This document shows, one piece after another, positions 1 through 10,769 of a DNA stretch of 57,432 bases. Numbering within the stretch: the stretch's first letter is position 1; each line of letters opens with the position of its first letter. Source of the DNA: Arenicellales bacterium. Its GTDB lineage: Bacteria; Pseudomonadota; Gammaproteobacteria; BMS3Bbin11. The position numbers and the translations under genes are program-made. The notes under the pieces are model-generated. The model was not told where the DNA came from. It did not search any database and saw only the letters and a program-made list of their open reading frames with translations. The stretch is from the NCBI GenBank assembly GCA_048550195.1, contig JBLYYR010000051.1, positions 1 to 57,432 on the forward strand, read 5' to 3'.

Positions 1-122
1 AATACCGCATGGAAAAGAATCGCGCCGAGCGGCGCTCCTACAATCAAGGTATAGAATAATTTAAAAATGAATACACAGGCAGCGAAAAATTAAGAAATAA
101 AATTGACAAGAAAAATACCCTG

Positions 123-1589
123 TCAACCCATTACAACATCATACTCATCAGGCATATAAAGTGTTTCAACCTGCAATTCTATCTTCGCATTGATGAATGC
201 CTGCAGGTTGGCCAGACTCACCTGCTCTTCATTCAGCAACATATCTATCACCTTTTCCGAGGCAAGAATACGGTAGCTGACATCTTCATACTCTCGTGAA
301 TCACGCATAATTTCACGAAAAATGTCGTAACAGATGGTCTGTGCAGTTTTCACTACCGCCTTACCATGACAAACCGGACAGACTTCACATAGAATGTGCT
401 CAAGACTTTCACGTGTTCGCTTACGCGTGACTTCCAGTAAACCCAGCGAAGTCATTTCAGTAATATAGTTTTTTGCCGGATCTTTCGACAAGCCACGTTT
501 AAGGGCGCGCAACACCTGCCGTTGATGCTCAACTTCAGCCATATCGATAAAGTCGATAATGATAATACCGCCAATATTGCGCAGGCGCAGCTGTCTGGCA
601 ATGGTCTGGGCTGCTTCAAGATTGGTTTTGAAGAGCGTCTCTTCCTGGTTGCGACGACCGACAAAAGTACCAGTATTGACATCGATCGTAATCATTGCTT
701 CTGTCTGGTCTATGACAATATGGCCACCGGATTTAAGCGGCACGATACGGCTTAACGCCTTCTGTATCTCATCTTCAATGGAATAAAGATCAAAAATTGG
801 CCGTTCGCCTGGATAGTACTCCACCCTTTCAGCCAGCTCTGGTAAATATTCAGCCGCCAGCTCACTGGCTAGCTCCCAGGTCTCACGCGAATCGATGCGT
901 AGCCTTTCTACATTATCACGGACCATGTCACGCACAGTGCGAACTGCCAGTGGTAAATCCCTGTAAACCACATTCCCGGCTTCACTGTCTTTAAGCTTCA
1001 GTTGCAGCTGTTGCCAGATTTTGCGCAATATCTTGATATCGGAATGTATCTCATCCTCAGTTGCAGTCTCAGCAATAGTGCGAATAATGTATCCACCATC
1101 CTCCCCCTCAACATAATTTTGCACGATGTCTTTCAGTCGTTTTCGTTCACTGTCCCTTTCAATCCGCTGTGAAATACCGATATAGGTTGAGAACGGCAGG
1201 AAGACCAGATTCCTGGCAGGAATAGCAAGCCGGGTAGTCAGTCGTGCTCCCTTGCTGCCGATAGGGTCCTTAATCACCTGTACGACCAGTTTCTGGCCAT
1301 CATGCAACTTGCGTGAGATGCAGTCATCTTCCTTAACCTTGCTCGACGCTCTGTCGATGGTATTGAGGTCTATGTCGGAGGAATGCAGAAATGCGGTGCG
1401 TTCAAGTCCAATGTCTATAAATGCCGCCTGCATACCCGGTAGTATGCGCACCACTTTGCCGACATAGATGTTGCTGACAATACCACGTGCGGTACTGCGT
1501 TCAATTTGCAACTCCTGCAGCAGTCCATTTTCTACCACGGCTACGCGCGTTTCCTGCGGGGTGACGTTGATCAGGATTTCTTGAGGCAT
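123..1589 (-). CDS. rng: Ribonuclease G (RNase E/G family)
   Basis: 488-aa ORF. The N-terminal S1-like region (ILINVTPQETRVAVVENG...NIYVGKVVRILPGMQAAFIDIG) and the length are typical of RNase G/CafA. It lies near maf, as in enterobacterial mre-maf-rng synteny. Confidence 0.9.
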   Translation of the reverse strand: MPQEILINVTPQETRVAVVENGLLQELQIERSTARGIVSNIYVGKVVRILPGMQAAFIDIGLERTAFLHSSDIDLNTIDRASSKVKEDDCISRKLHDGQKLVVQVIKDPIGSKGARLTTRLAIPARNLVFLPFSTYIGISQRIERDSERKRLKDIVQNYVEGEDGGYIIRTIAETATEDEIHSDIKILRKIWQQLQLKLKDSEAGNVVYRDLPLAVRTVRDMVRDNVERLRIDSRETWELASELAAEYLPELAERVEYYPGERPIFDLYSIEDEIQKALSRIVPLKSGGHIVIDQTEAMITIDVNTGTFVGRRNQEETLFKTNLEAAQTIARQLRLRNIGGIIIIDFIDMAEVEHQRQVLRALKRGLSKDPAKNYITEMTSLGLLEVTRKRTRESLEHILCEVCPVCHGKAVVKTAQTICYDIFREIMRDSREYEDVSYRILASEKVIDMLLNEEQVSLANLQAFINAKIELQVETLYMPDEYDVVMG

Positions 1590-1593
1590 AAAA

Positions 1594-2043
1594 TTATATA
1601 AAATAAGAATAAGAAAGGGAGAACAATGTTCTCCCCAACATCATCTCATTAAATCTGGTTTCCATCCTCGAACTTGGTATAGGTCCAGACATGTTTCTTT
1701 CCTTTATACTTTCTGATCTTGCCGTTTTTCTTTTTCTGAGCGCACCGTGACGCCTGGTATCAGCCTCTTTCTCGATACAGAGGTTGCTCCCATCGACACT
1801 CCATTTTCCTTCACCGCTGCTTTTTTCATCCAGGTGCTTGCTGATGTAAGTACCGTCAGGGGCAAAATCGACCATGTTTCTTTTGCCCTTAATGGCATGA
1901 TTTCCCCACGCAGTTTTACCAGAAAACGTTGCTATGATTTCGTCCTTGTTCAAGTCCTTCTTTTCTGCCAGGGCAAGCTGAGTCGTTCCCAGTAAACAGG
2001 ATACAAGGCCAACTAATGCCACCTTCTTATTGATTGCTTTCAT
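1594..2043 (-). pseudogene. Small secreted protein with an apparent frame break (alternative C-terminus ends at 1649)
   Basis: ATG at 2043 gives the signal peptide MKAINKKVALVGLVSCLLGTTQLALA. After ...LCIEKEADTRRH the listed frame becomes a low-plausibility Arg/Ser-rich tail running up to the rng start. The -1 frame reads RCAQKKKNGKIRKYKGKKHVWTYTKFEDGNQI and stops at 1649-1651. Confidence 0.4.
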
Positions 2044-2261
2044 TTCTCTCTCTTTTAGCAAATTATTAGCAACTCTCCTCTGTCTATTCTCTCTATACAG
2101 ATGAAGGTCGAACAACAAGATGTTTATTATAGGAGTAGTGCACCGGTGACTTTAAATCTAGTGGTGGATAAACGCAAATTGTTAGCATTGGGGTGGGGTT
2201 GGTGCTGGCGCACCGCTGAGTTTCATCCATCCTGGATTTGTAGGTATTATTTTTTTATTTG

Positions 2262-2703
2262 ATGTGCTGGCGCCTGGCCAAGTTTTTCGCGCCTCATGCG
2301 CGAGAGACTTTTCTTTACTCGCGTAAAGAAACACACCAAAAGAATAACAAGCGCGCCCGCATGCTTGCCCTTCGGGTTCCCTGCGATGCTCAGATGAGCT
2401 GGCGGGGTGCAAACTCGCTACGCTCAGACAAGCACACCCCGAAACCCCAGCTCATCCTGCGCTTCTCGGCAAGCCTGAACGGGATTTTAAGGTCAAAAAC
2501 AAACGTCAAAATCAGAAAGTACCCTATCGCTTGTTGCAGGAGGCCAACACACAGGGCGGTTTTTCTTTGGTTCTGTTTCTTTTGTCCGTACAAAAGAAAT
2601 GAACTCGTCCATGAAGGACGAAAAACTCAGCAATGAGCTTGCATAAGAACTAAAAAGGAACTCGCCCGAAGAGGAAAAGAATCCCAGCCATGCGCCAGCA
2701 CAT
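2262..2703. repeat. Fold-back composite repeat with terminal inverted repeats (MITE/REP-cluster-like), non-coding
   Basis: ATGTGCTGGCGCCTGGCC at 2262-2279 matches the reverse complement of 2686-2703 (ATGTGCTGGCGCATGGCT) at 16 of 18 positions. The central arms CAGATGAGCTGGCGGGGTG (2391-2409) and CACCCCGAAACCCCAGCTCATCCTG (2435-2459) pair. Internal sub-hairpins TTCTTTA..TAAAGAA and TTTCTTTTG..CAAAAGAAA occur in inverted orientation in the two arms. Confidence 0.6.
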
Positions 2704-2706
2704 TAA

Positions 2707-3363
2707 TCAACCCGATGATGAAACCTCAGCAAGCAATTCACTCAACTCATACAACGGCAAGCCAACTACCCCGCTATAACTGCCGTGCAAATCAACAACA
2801 AATCTTGCGGCAGCGCCCTGGATAGCATAGGCGCCCGCTTTGTCGGCAGGCTCGCCAGTGTCCCAGTATTGTTCTATTTCATGCAATTCTATAACTTTGA
2901 ACGAAACTGTACTCCGGCTCAATGTCTCGTGCGCAAGCTGTCCATCATAAAGGCAAAGTGCGGTTAGTACCTGGTGTGAGCGGCCGGACAAGCGCTGCAG
3001 CATGGCGATGCCATCTTCTCTGTCAGCAGGCTTGCCTAGAATTTCTCCGTCCAGGGCTATACAGGTATCTGCTCCCAGCACCGGGATTTTACAGTTCTCT
3101 GAATCGTTATAGACTATTGCGTAACCGGCTCGCGCTTTTTCCTCGGCCAGACGACTGACATACTGGTCCGGCGTTTCTGAACTTTTCAAAGTTTCATCAA
3201 CATCCAGATGGCTGATTACTTCAAACTTAATGCCTATCTGTTTGAGTAATTCCCGCCGACGTGGAGAAGCCGAGGCCAGAATCAGATCGATGCCAGTCGC
3301 GCCAGAGTCAGCCACCCTGTTCGCCTCTATGATAGGGAAGGTTCGCAATAATACTCCAGGCAC
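2707..3363 (-). CDS. maf: Maf-like nucleoside triphosphate pyrophosphatase
   Basis: Motif LILASASPRRRELL and a length of about 200 aa. The listed ATG overlaps rlmH by 56 nt. A GTG at 3315 is an alternative start. Confidence 0.85.
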   Translation of the reverse strand: MPGVLLRTFPIIEANRVADSGATGIDLILASASPRRRELLKQIGIKFEVISHLDVDETLKSSETPDQYVSRLAEEKARAGYAIVYNDSENCKIPVLGADTCIALDGEILGKPADREDGIAMLQRLSGRSHQVLTALCLYDGQLAHETLSRSTVSFKVIELHEIEQYWDTGEPADKAGAYAIQGAAARFVVDLHGSYSGVVGLPLYELSELLAEVSSSG

Positions 3364-3790
3364 GGTAAAGCTGTTCTGCCAGGACTACGCGCACCAGGGG
3401 ATGGGCCATGGTCAGTTTTGACAGCGACCAGCACTCATCGGCACGTTGCAGACAGTCGTCCGAAAGACCCTCCGGGCCGCCGACCAGCAGTACCACATCC
3501 TGACCGCCAGCCAGCCATTTTTCCATACTTGCAGACAGTTGCTCGGTACTCTTTTCTCTACCGGAACGCTCTAATGCGATGACCCGTGAACCATTCGGTA
3601 TGGCTTGCAGCAAACGCTCGCCTTCTTCCCGATTGACGCGGGCAACATCGGCGCTCCTGCTGCGTTTTCCGGCATTGATTTCAACGAGATTCAAAGCGCA
3701 ATGATGCGGCATGCGACGTGCATATTCGTCATAGGCCTGATCGACCCATTGCGGCATCTTGCGACCGACGGCGATAAGATGAATTTGCAT
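3308..3790 (-). CDS. rlmH: 23S rRNA (pseudouridine1915-N3)-methyltransferase RlmH
   Basis: 160 aa, SPOUT-type sequence MQIHLIAVGRKMPQWV...LVGGPEGL. Conserved rsfS-rlmH pairing. Confidence 0.9.
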   Translation of the reverse strand: MQIHLIAVGRKMPQWVDQAYDEYARRMPHHCALNLVEINAGKRSRSADVARVNREEGERLLQAIPNGSRVIALERSGREKSTEQLSASMEKWLAGGQDVVLLVGGPEGLSDDCLQRADECWSLSKLTMAHPLVRVVLAEQLYRAWSIIANLPYHRGEQGG

Positions 3791-3826
3791 AAGGGGTGTC
3801 CCAGAATTAACTTTTAGCTTTCTCTT

Positions 3827-4189
3827 TCAGCTTTCCCTGTTTTTCTCGACAATTTGGCGCAACTCCTCCCCCCACAGCTTATCCAGATCATAAAATACCC
3901 GGGCATCCGCCTGCATGATATGAACAATGGCATCATTCAGATCAACCAGCACCCATTCCGCCTCTTCCTGCCCTTCTACACCAAGTGGACGATGGCCATG
4001 AACTTTCATGTAATCTATCAGTTTGTCCGCGATGGCATTGACATGTCTGGACGAGGTACCGGTCGCCAGTATCATAAAATCGGTAACATTGGTCAGCCCC
4101 CTGACATCCATCACCTTGATATCCTGTGCCTTGGCTTCTTCCAACCCGGCTATAGCGGTATCCCTTACCTGTTCGAGTGTCATAGACAA
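3827..4189 (-). CDS. rsfS: Ribosomal silencing factor RsfS
   Basis: 120 aa; DFMILATGTSSRHVNAIAD motif; sits between nadD and rlmH. Confidence 0.9.
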   Translation of the reverse strand: MSMTLEQVRDTAIAGLEEAKAQDIKVMDVRGLTNVTDFMILATGTSSRHVNAIADKLIDYMKVHGHRPLGVEGQEEAEWVLVDLNDAIVHIMQADARVFYDLDKLWGEELRQIVEKNRES

Positions 4190-4216
4190 TTCTGTTTCCT
4201 CATATATTCACAATAT

Positions 4217-4852
4217 TCATTTTTCAAATTGATAAAGCCCGTTTCGTCGAATGTAATCAGCCACTTCATCTGACAACATTCCGTCTATATCCAGTCCTTT
4301 ATTTAACCGCTGACGGATATCTGTCGCTGAAATATCATAGCCCTTCAGTCTGACGGGCAGGACACTGGAACATTTCCTGTCACGTAACTTAGCCACATCA
4401 TCAATCATGTATTCAGTTGCCCAATCAGGCAGCGACGTATCCGGTTCACCTGCCCGCTCAATGACAATGATATGTGCCAGCTGCAGAATTTCCTGCCAAT
4501 GATACCATGTAGGCAGGCCGGCGAAGGCGTCGCTGCCCATTACCAGGCACAGGTTGTCGTCAGGATATTGCTGCCGGAAAGACTGCAGTGTCAGCACTGT
4601 CCATGAAGGCCCGCTACGTTCCAGTTCGCGGCCGTCCAGAATAAATTCAGGAAACTCCCGCAGTGCCAGCTGCAGCATTTCCACTCGCTGCTGACTACTG
4701 GCCACTGGTGCTGGCCGGTGCGGCGGTACCGAGGCAGGCAGAATATAAACGGCATCGGCTACCAGTTTCTGCTGCAGCTCATGCAGTGGCTCGAGGTGTC
4801 CATAATGTACCGGATCAAATGTCCCGCCGTACAGGCAGATCAAATGCGACAT
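4217..4852 (-). CDS. nadD: Nicotinate-nucleotide adenylyltransferase
   Basis: GGTFDPVHYGH nucleotidyltransferase motif; 211 aa. Confidence 0.9.
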   Translation of the reverse strand: MSHLICLYGGTFDPVHYGHLEPLHELQQKLVADAVYILPASVPPHRPAPVASSQQRVEMLQLALREFPEFILDGRELERSGPSWTVLTLQSFRQQYPDDNLCLVMGSDAFAGLPTWYHWQEILQLAHIIVIERAGEPDTSLPDWATEYMIDDVAKLRDRKCSSVLPVRLKGYDISATDIRQRLNKGLDIDGMLSDEVADYIRRNGLYQFEK

Positions 4853-4861
4853 GCCTGTGGC

Positions 4862-6127
4862 CTACTGGCGGATATGACCGTCACCCAGAACGATATATTT
4901 TAGTGATGTCAGACCTTCCAGCCCTACAGGGCCGCGTACATGCAGCTTGTCGGTACTGATACCGATTTCAGCGCCGAGCCCATATTCAAAACCATCGGCG
5001 AAACGGGTCGATGCATTGACCATAACTGAACTGGAATCAACCTGGCGCAGAAATTTACGTGATTTGCTGTAGTCTTCTGTAACGATGGCATCGGTATGCT
5101 GCGAGCCGTATTGATCGATGTGCTGAATTGCCTGGTCAATGCCGTCGACGATACGTATAGCCAGTATCGGGGCAAGATATTCCGCATCCCAGTCTTCATC
5201 TGTTGCAGCATTGATACCAGAGAGAATAGCACGTGTTTTTTCGCAGCCACGAAGCTCCACGTCCGCATCGGTGTAACGCTGTGCCAGCAGGGGTAAAACG
5301 CTGTCTGCCACCGAATCCGCCACCAACAATGTTTCCATCGCATTACACACACCGTAGCGGTGCGTTTTAGCGTTATAGGCAATCTCTACGGCTTTGTCGA
5401 TATCTGCCCGGTCATCAATGTAGACATGGCAGACACCATGCAGATGCTTAATAACAGGTATGCTGGACTCGTTCATTACCCGCTCTATCAAACCCTTGCC
5501 ACCGCGAGGAATGATGACATCTACATATTGATCCATGGTCAGCAACTTGCCGACGGCGGCGCGATCCGTGGTGTTAATTACCTGAACGAGCGTTTCAGGC
5601 AAACCTGCCGCCTCCAGCCCCTGCCGGATACAGGCTGCCACCGCCAGGTTGGAGTGCAGAGCTTCCGAGCCGCCTCTGAGAATACAGGCGTTGCCAGATT
5701 TCAGGCACAATGATGCGGCATCTGCGGTCACATTCGGGCGAGACTCATAAATGATTCCAATCACACCCAGTGGTACGCGCATGTGACCGACCTGTATACC
5801 GGAGGGCCGGTAACTCAGGTTGGTAATTTCACCGACAGGATCAGCCAGCGCCGCTACCTGTCGCAGTCCTTCAGCCATGCCGGCAATACGCCCAGCGGTC
5901 AATTCGAGACGATCCAGTAACGCGGCATCCAGTCCATGTTCACGCCCTGATTCTAGATCCCTGCTGTTTTCTACTGCCAGATTCGCCGCCTGATCTTCAA
6001 TCGCGCCAGCCGCTGCCAGCAGAGCCTTGTTCTTGGTGGCGCTATCCATTGCAGCAGCCTGTCTACTGGCGGCTCTTGCCTGAGAACCTAGCTGATCCAT
6101 GTATTGTTCAATCGATTGTTTATTCAT
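4862..6127 (-). CDS. proA: Gamma-glutamyl phosphate reductase
   Basis: 421 aa aldehyde-dehydrogenase-like protein with typical ProA regions ([18 protein letters not shown]). Confidence 0.95.
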   Translation of the reverse strand: MNKQSIEQYMDQLGSQARAASRQAAAMDSATKNKALLAAAGAIEDQAANLAVENSRDLESGREHGLDAALLDRLELTAGRIAGMAEGLRQVAALADPVGEITNLSYRPSGIQVGHMRVPLGVIGIIYESRPNVTADAASLCLKSGNACILRGGSEALHSNLAVAACIRQGLEAAGLPETLVQVINTTDRAAVGKLLTMDQYVDVIIPRGGKGLIERVMNESSIPVIKHLHGVCHVYIDDRADIDKAVEIAYNAKTHRYGVCNAMETLLVADSVADSVLPLLAQRYTDADVELRGCEKTRAILSGINAATDEDWDAEYLAPILAIRIVDGIDQAIQHIDQYGSQHTDAIVTEDYSKSRKFLRQVDSSSVMVNASTRFADGFEYGLGAEIGISTDKLHVRGPVGLEGLTSLKYIVLGDGHIRQ

Positions 6128-6146
6128 TGCATTGCATTAAATTGCA

Positions 6147-7190
6147 TTAAATCGTTTTAAGCCCGCAGATTTTCATAGAAAGCTTTTCGATATCGAACCA
6201 GATCGATACCCCTTCACTGCTAGCCCTGCCTTTGGCGATCTTATCAAGCTTTGCTATCTGCTGCAGGATTCGCTGCCATTGATCCTGGCCGTGGCGTCTG
6301 ATTGCACCGTCAATCTTGCTCTGATCTGCGCCCCATACCCTGTATTTCTTGAAAACCTGACCTTTATTTGCACCACCCGCCAGGGCCGAGGCCATTTGTG
6401 TCAGCCTTCTCACCTCACGGCTCAGCATTACGATGAGAAATACTGACTGATCTCGTTCTGCTCTCAGGGCATCAATAATACGGCTTGTTCGTTGCCAGTC
6501 ACCTGCCAGACAGGCATCCAGATAACTGAAGACAGAAAACCGAGAATTATCTGAAACGGAAGACTGCAGGGTGTCAAGTTGCAGTTTTGCGTTGGAGGTG
6601 GAATCATTTTCCGATGAGACATTCAGTGCAAGTAAATCGATTTCCTGGGCAGCCGCCAGCAGATTTCCTTCAAAATAATGCGTTAATAATTCGATGGATT
6701 CCTTATCACTAAGCAGCCCTTTGCTATGCAGGCGGCGTGACAACCAGCCGGGAAAGTCTGCCAGCTTAACCTCTTTGGCTTCTGCACTAACGCCCACCGC
6801 ATCAAGTGCCTTGAACCATTTCTGGTTCTGCCCCGCCCTGTCAACAGGGCCGCAAATAACCATCAACAGGGTGTCGGGAGGCATTTTTTCAGCCAGCTCG
6901 ACCAGCATACGGCTGCCAATCTGGCCGGGTTTGCCTGTTGGCATGCGCAACTCGATCAATCGTTTGTCATCAAATAATGACATACTGCTGCCCGACTGCA
7001 GCAGGGCACCCCAGTCGAACCCCTGCTCAACGACAAAACAATCACGCTCTGTGTAACCCTGTTGTCGTGCCTGCTTGCGTAATCTATCAGAAGCTTCTTC
7101 AAGCAGCAGAATTTCGCTACCAAACAGCAGGTAAACCGGTTTTAGCTCTTTTATGTCTGAATCAGTCAGACTTTGTATAGCAACACGCAA
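6147..7190 (-). CDS. holA: DNA polymerase III delta subunit
   Basis: 347 aa. Position in the lptE-holA-nadD synteny and an N-terminal YLLFGSE-type motif. Confidence 0.8.
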   Translation of the reverse strand: MRVAIQSLTDSDIKELKPVYLLFGSEILLLEEASDRLRKQARQQGYTERDCFVVEQGFDWGALLQSGSSMSLFDDKRLIELRMPTGKPGQIGSRMLVELAEKMPPDTLLMVICGPVDRAGQNQKWFKALDAVGVSAEAKEVKLADFPGWLSRRLHSKGLLSDKESIELLTHYFEGNLLAAAQEIDLLALNVSSENDSTSNAKLQLDTLQSSVSDNSRFSVFSYLDACLAGDWQRTSRIIDALRAERDQSVFLIVMLSREVRRLTQMASALAGGANKGQVFKKYRVWGADQSKIDGAIRRHGQDQWQRILQQIAKLDKIAKGRASSEGVSIWFDIEKLSMKICGLKTI

Positions 7191-7214
7191 GAGCCTTCAG
7201 CCTTTCCGGATGAA

Positions 7215-7697
7215 CTACCTGATGCGGGACATTTTACGTAGTATGCCCTGCGCTGCATCTCCACGCATTTCATCACGCAGCAGCTCTTCTTCCCGCGTCG
7301 CTGACAGCAGTTGCTCCTGATCAAAATTGTAATCGCGTCGCGCTGCAGAGACTGAAGGTTTTACCAGCTCTTTGCCCTTGCTGTCGATGACCAGATAGCC
7401 GACCCTGAGAATCAGCACGTAACCCGTGGACTTGCCCCGATCATCAATCGTTCTCACCTCGCGGCTAAAATCGGCGCTGGTAATTTTAATATGTGCACTG
7501 TCTGAAGTCGGGCTAGCGACAACGATCACCTTGTTGGATTCCAGCCTGTCGACAAGGACATCTCTGAGCTTTACGTCAGGCGATGAAATTGAAACTGTGC
7601 GGATTGAATCAGGCAGCGCAATAGATCCACGCAGGTGAAAACCACAACCGGAAAGCAGGCTGGCTGTTAACAGAAAAATCAGGGCAAAACGTTTCAT
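7215..7697 (-). CDS. lptE: LPS-assembly lipoprotein LptE
   Basis: Internal ATG at 7697 gives MKRFALIFLLTASLLSGCGF, a lipobox. It lies immediately downstream of leuS, as in many gammaproteobacteria. Confidence 0.75.
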   Translation of the reverse strand: MKRFALIFLLTASLLSGCGFHLRGSIALPDSIRTVSISSPDVKLRDVLVDRLESNKVIVVASPTSDSAHIKITSADFSREVRTIDDRGKSTGYVLILRVGYLVIDSKGKELVKPSVSAARRDYNFDQEQLLSATREEELLRDEMRGDAAQGILRKMSRIR

Positions 7698-7796
7698 CAG
7701 AATATCCTTACAGGAAGATTTAATTTCAATCACTACGGTCAGGTCGAGTATACCGGCAAAACTGAACAGGCTAAACACTCATATGTGCACAACTAG

Positions 7797-10247
7797 TCAG
7801 CTGACAACAATATTTACCAGTCGCCCCGGCACGACAATAATCTTGCGTACGGTTTTGCCTTCAGTATGCCGTTGCACACTTTCGCTGGCCTGCGCCAGCT
7901 GTTCAATCGCAGACTGATCTGCATCTGCGGCCACCTGTATGCGATCGCGCAGCTTGCCATTGACCTGAACGATATACTGGATCTCATCCTGCACCATAGC
8001 CGCTTCGTCAGCAAGCGGCCAGGCTGCATCAATAATATCACCTGCCTGGCCAAGTTCCCGCCACAGCACGGTGGTAATGTGCGGCACTACCGGCGTCAAC
8101 AGCAGGCAGGCCGTTTCCAGCGCCTGCTGCACCACCGCTCTGTCATTGTCATGTTCCGGCGTAAATTTGCTGACTGCATTCATAAGCTCCATAACCGCTG
8201 CTATTGCCGTATTCATCTGCAGTCTGCGCTCTATATCATCAGTCACTTTTTTGATAGTCAGGTGAATCTGACGATTGAGATTGTTTGCCGCATCTGACAG
8301 GTCATTAATACTGCCTGTCACTGCACCACCGGCCACATGTTCTGTCACCAGGCGCCACAGTCGTCGAAGAAAGCGCGATGCCCCTTCAACACCTTCATCA
8401 GACCACTCCAGTGACATCTGTGGCGGCGAAGCAAACATTATGAACAAACGCACCGTGTCGGCACCATAGCGATTTATAAGCGACTCAGGATCGACCGTAT
8501 TGCCCCTGGACTTCGACATCTTGCTGCCATCCATCAACACCATACCCTGGGTCAACAGGCGTTTAATCGGCTCATCGACCTGCAACAGGCCTTCATCACG
8601 CATCAATTTCGTGAAAAAACGGGCGTACAATAGATGCAGAATGGCATGCTCGACACCGCCGACATACTGGTCGACGGGTAGCCAGTAATTTGCCCGTTCG
8701 TCAAGCATCGCCTTATCCTGATCCGCACAGGTAAAACGTGCCAGGTACCAGGAAGACTCAAAAAAAGTATCAAATGTATCGGTTTCCCTGTGTGCGTCAG
8801 CGCCACAGGATGGACACTTCACATGACTAAAGTCAGGATGGTCGACTAGCGGCGAACGGGCACCGTCTAACTCTACATCAAGCGGTAGCAGCACAGGTAG
8901 ATCCTTATCCGGCACCGGCACCGTGCCACAATCATCACAATAGACAACAGGAACCGGGCAGCCCCAATAACGCTGACGGGAAATACCCCAGTCGCGTAGC
9001 CGGTAATTCACTCGACGCTCGCCTTTGGACTGTTGTTGAAGCCAGTCAGCAATGGCCTCAAAGGCCTGCTCCGAGGTCAGGCCATTAAACTGTCCGGAAT
9101 TTTTCAACACACCGTAGTCGGTAAATGCCGCTGTCAGCGGTAGCTCCAGCTCCCCGTCTACCGGGTAAACGACTAGCCTGACCGGGATGTCGTATTTACC
9201 GGCGAATTCAAAATCTCGCTGATCATGCGCCGGCACGGCCATCACGGCTCCGGTGCCGTAGCCCATCAAAACAAAGTTTGCGACCCAGACCGGAACGTCT
9301 TCACCCGAAACCGGGTGGCTGACAGTAAAGCCGGTATCCATGCCCTTCTTTTCCATGGTTTCCATGGCTGCTTCGGCCGTCTCTGTGTTGCGGCATTCTT
9401 CGATAAATGCCTGCAGATCGGGATTGTTTTCAGCGGCTTTCAGGGCCAATGGATGCTCGCCAGCAACGGCCACATAGGTAACACCCATCAGGGTGTCCGG
9501 TCTTGTGGTATAGACAACAAGATCATCCACCTCACCTTCTGCTGCAAAACTCAGCTCTACACCCTCCGAGCGGCCGATCCAGTTTCGCTGCATAATCTTC
9601 ACCGCATCCGGCCAGCCCTCTAGCTGATCCAGGTCCGCTAGCAATTCATCCGCATAGGCGGTGATCTTCATAAACCATTGCGGGATCTCCTGACGCTCCA
9701 CCGGGGTATCGCAACGCCAGCAGCAACCGTCGATGACCTGCTCATTGGCCAGTACGGTCTTGTCATGCGGGCACCAGTTAACCGGCGCCGTACGCTTGTA
9801 GACCAGTCCTTTCTGCAACAGGCGGGTGAACAGCCATTGTTCCCAGTGATAGTAATCCGGATCACAGGTGGCCAGCTCACGATCCCAGTCATAACCGAAG
9901 CCAAGGCGCTTCAGCTGATCACGCATATAATCAATATTCTCATACGTCCATTTGGCCGGTGGCACGCCATGTTTAATTGCTGCATTTTCAGCCGGCAGGC
10001 CAAAGGCATCCCAGCCCATCGGCTGCAATACATTCTTCCCCAGCATACGCTGGTAGCGGGTAATCACATCCCCTATGGTGTAATTTCGTACATGCCCCAT
10101 GTGCAATCGGCCACTGGGGTAGGGGAACATGCACAGGCTGTAGAAGGACTCCCTGTCAGGGCCTTCTGTTACCTTGTAAACTTTGTCCTTTTCCCACTGC
10201 GCCTGTAGCGCAGTCTCAATACTCTGAGGGTAGTATTTTTCTTCCAT
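7797..10247 (-). CDS. leuS: Leucine--tRNA ligase
   Basis: 816 aa with HMGH ([13 protein letters not shown]) and KMSKS motifs. Confidence 0.97.
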   Translation of the reverse strand: MEEKYYPQSIETALQAQWEKDKVYKVTEGPDRESFYSLCMFPYPSGRLHMGHVRNYTIGDVITRYQRMLGKNVLQPMGWDAFGLPAENAAIKHGVPPAKWTYENIDYMRDQLKRLGFGYDWDRELATCDPDYYHWEQWLFTRLLQKGLVYKRTAPVNWCPHDKTVLANEQVIDGCCWRCDTPVERQEIPQWFMKITAYADELLADLDQLEGWPDAVKIMQRNWIGRSEGVELSFAAEGEVDDLVVYTTRPDTLMGVTYVAVAGEHPLALKAAENNPDLQAFIEECRNTETAEAAMETMEKKGMDTGFTVSHPVSGEDVPVWVANFVLMGYGTGAVMAVPAHDQRDFEFAGKYDIPVRLVVYPVDGELELPLTAAFTDYGVLKNSGQFNGLTSEQAFEAIADWLQQQSKGERRVNYRLRDWGISRQRYWGCPVPVVYCDDCGTVPVPDKDLPVLLPLDVELDGARSPLVDHPDFSHVKCPSCGADAHRETDTFDTFFESSWYLARFTCADQDKAMLDERANYWLPVDQYVGGVEHAILHLLYARFFTKLMRDEGLLQVDEPIKRLLTQGMVLMDGSKMSKSRGNTVDPESLINRYGADTVRLFIMFASPPQMSLEWSDEGVEGASRFLRRLWRLVTEHVAGGAVTGSINDLSDAANNLNRQIHLTIKKVTDDIERRLQMNTAIAAVMELMNAVSKFTPEHDNDRAVVQQALETACLLLTPVVPHITTVLWRELGQAGDIIDAAWPLADEAAMVQDEIQYIVQVNGKLRDRIQVAADADQSAIEQLAQASESVQRHTEGKTVRKIIVVPGRLVNIVVS

Positions 10248-10319
10248 CGCTGTAGGAGATACCGGTAATTTTCTAGTGATTTAACTACAGTGCGTAGTAG
10301 TGCCTAAATCTTCAGGGGT

Positions 10320-10625
10320 TTATAGTTTACCTGCATCCAGCTCAGTACCCTCGTTGTCCCAGTCGGCAAACGGGAAAGGCTTTTCTTCACTATTGAATGT
10401 CAGGTAGCGCAGTATTCTGTATGCATACAGGCTTAACATAGAACCAAAACCAAGCAGCCGCTGATTTTTCTCGCCTGTGAACAGCAGCACCAATACCTGG
10501 AAAATGACCAGTGCGGCAATCAATAATTCAACAATATTAAAAATGATGACAAAAATTGCCATATACAGGACGCGCATCCAGGTGGAATTATCTTTCAGGC
10601 TTTCTTTAATGTCGTCATTCATCAT
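10320..10625 (-). CDS. Small membrane protein (DUF4389-like)
   Basis: 101 aa with two hydrophobic helices. The family assignment is from memory of similar sequences only. Confidence 0.55.
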   Translation of the reverse strand: MMNDDIKESLKDNSTWMRVLYMAIFVIIFNIVELLIAALVIFQVLVLLFTGEKNQRLLGFGSMLSLYAYRILRYLTFNSEEKPFPFADWDNEGTELDAGKL

Positions 10626-10769
10626 AGAGCTCTTTAATGTATAAAATACAGGGACGGCGGATTATAGCACTGAAAATGCCTGGCAGTTTAAAGACTTCGT
10701 AGCGAGGCTGCACCTACATATTGAGGGGAAAGATTAAAGACTGAAAACTGCATATCTTTCATTCCTTAA

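Noticed and set aside
3-59. Possible 3' end of a plus-strand gene (…YRMEKNRAERRSYNQGIE, stop at 57-59) at the window edge
   Set aside because: Only 18 codons are visible, too few to distinguish it from chance.
2182-2636. Three mutually overlapping ORFs of 67-125 aa in the maf-proximal intergenic region
   Set aside because: They overlap each other on both strands and coincide with the fold-back repeat. Their composition (Arg/Cys/Lys-rich, no motifs) fits translated repeat DNA.
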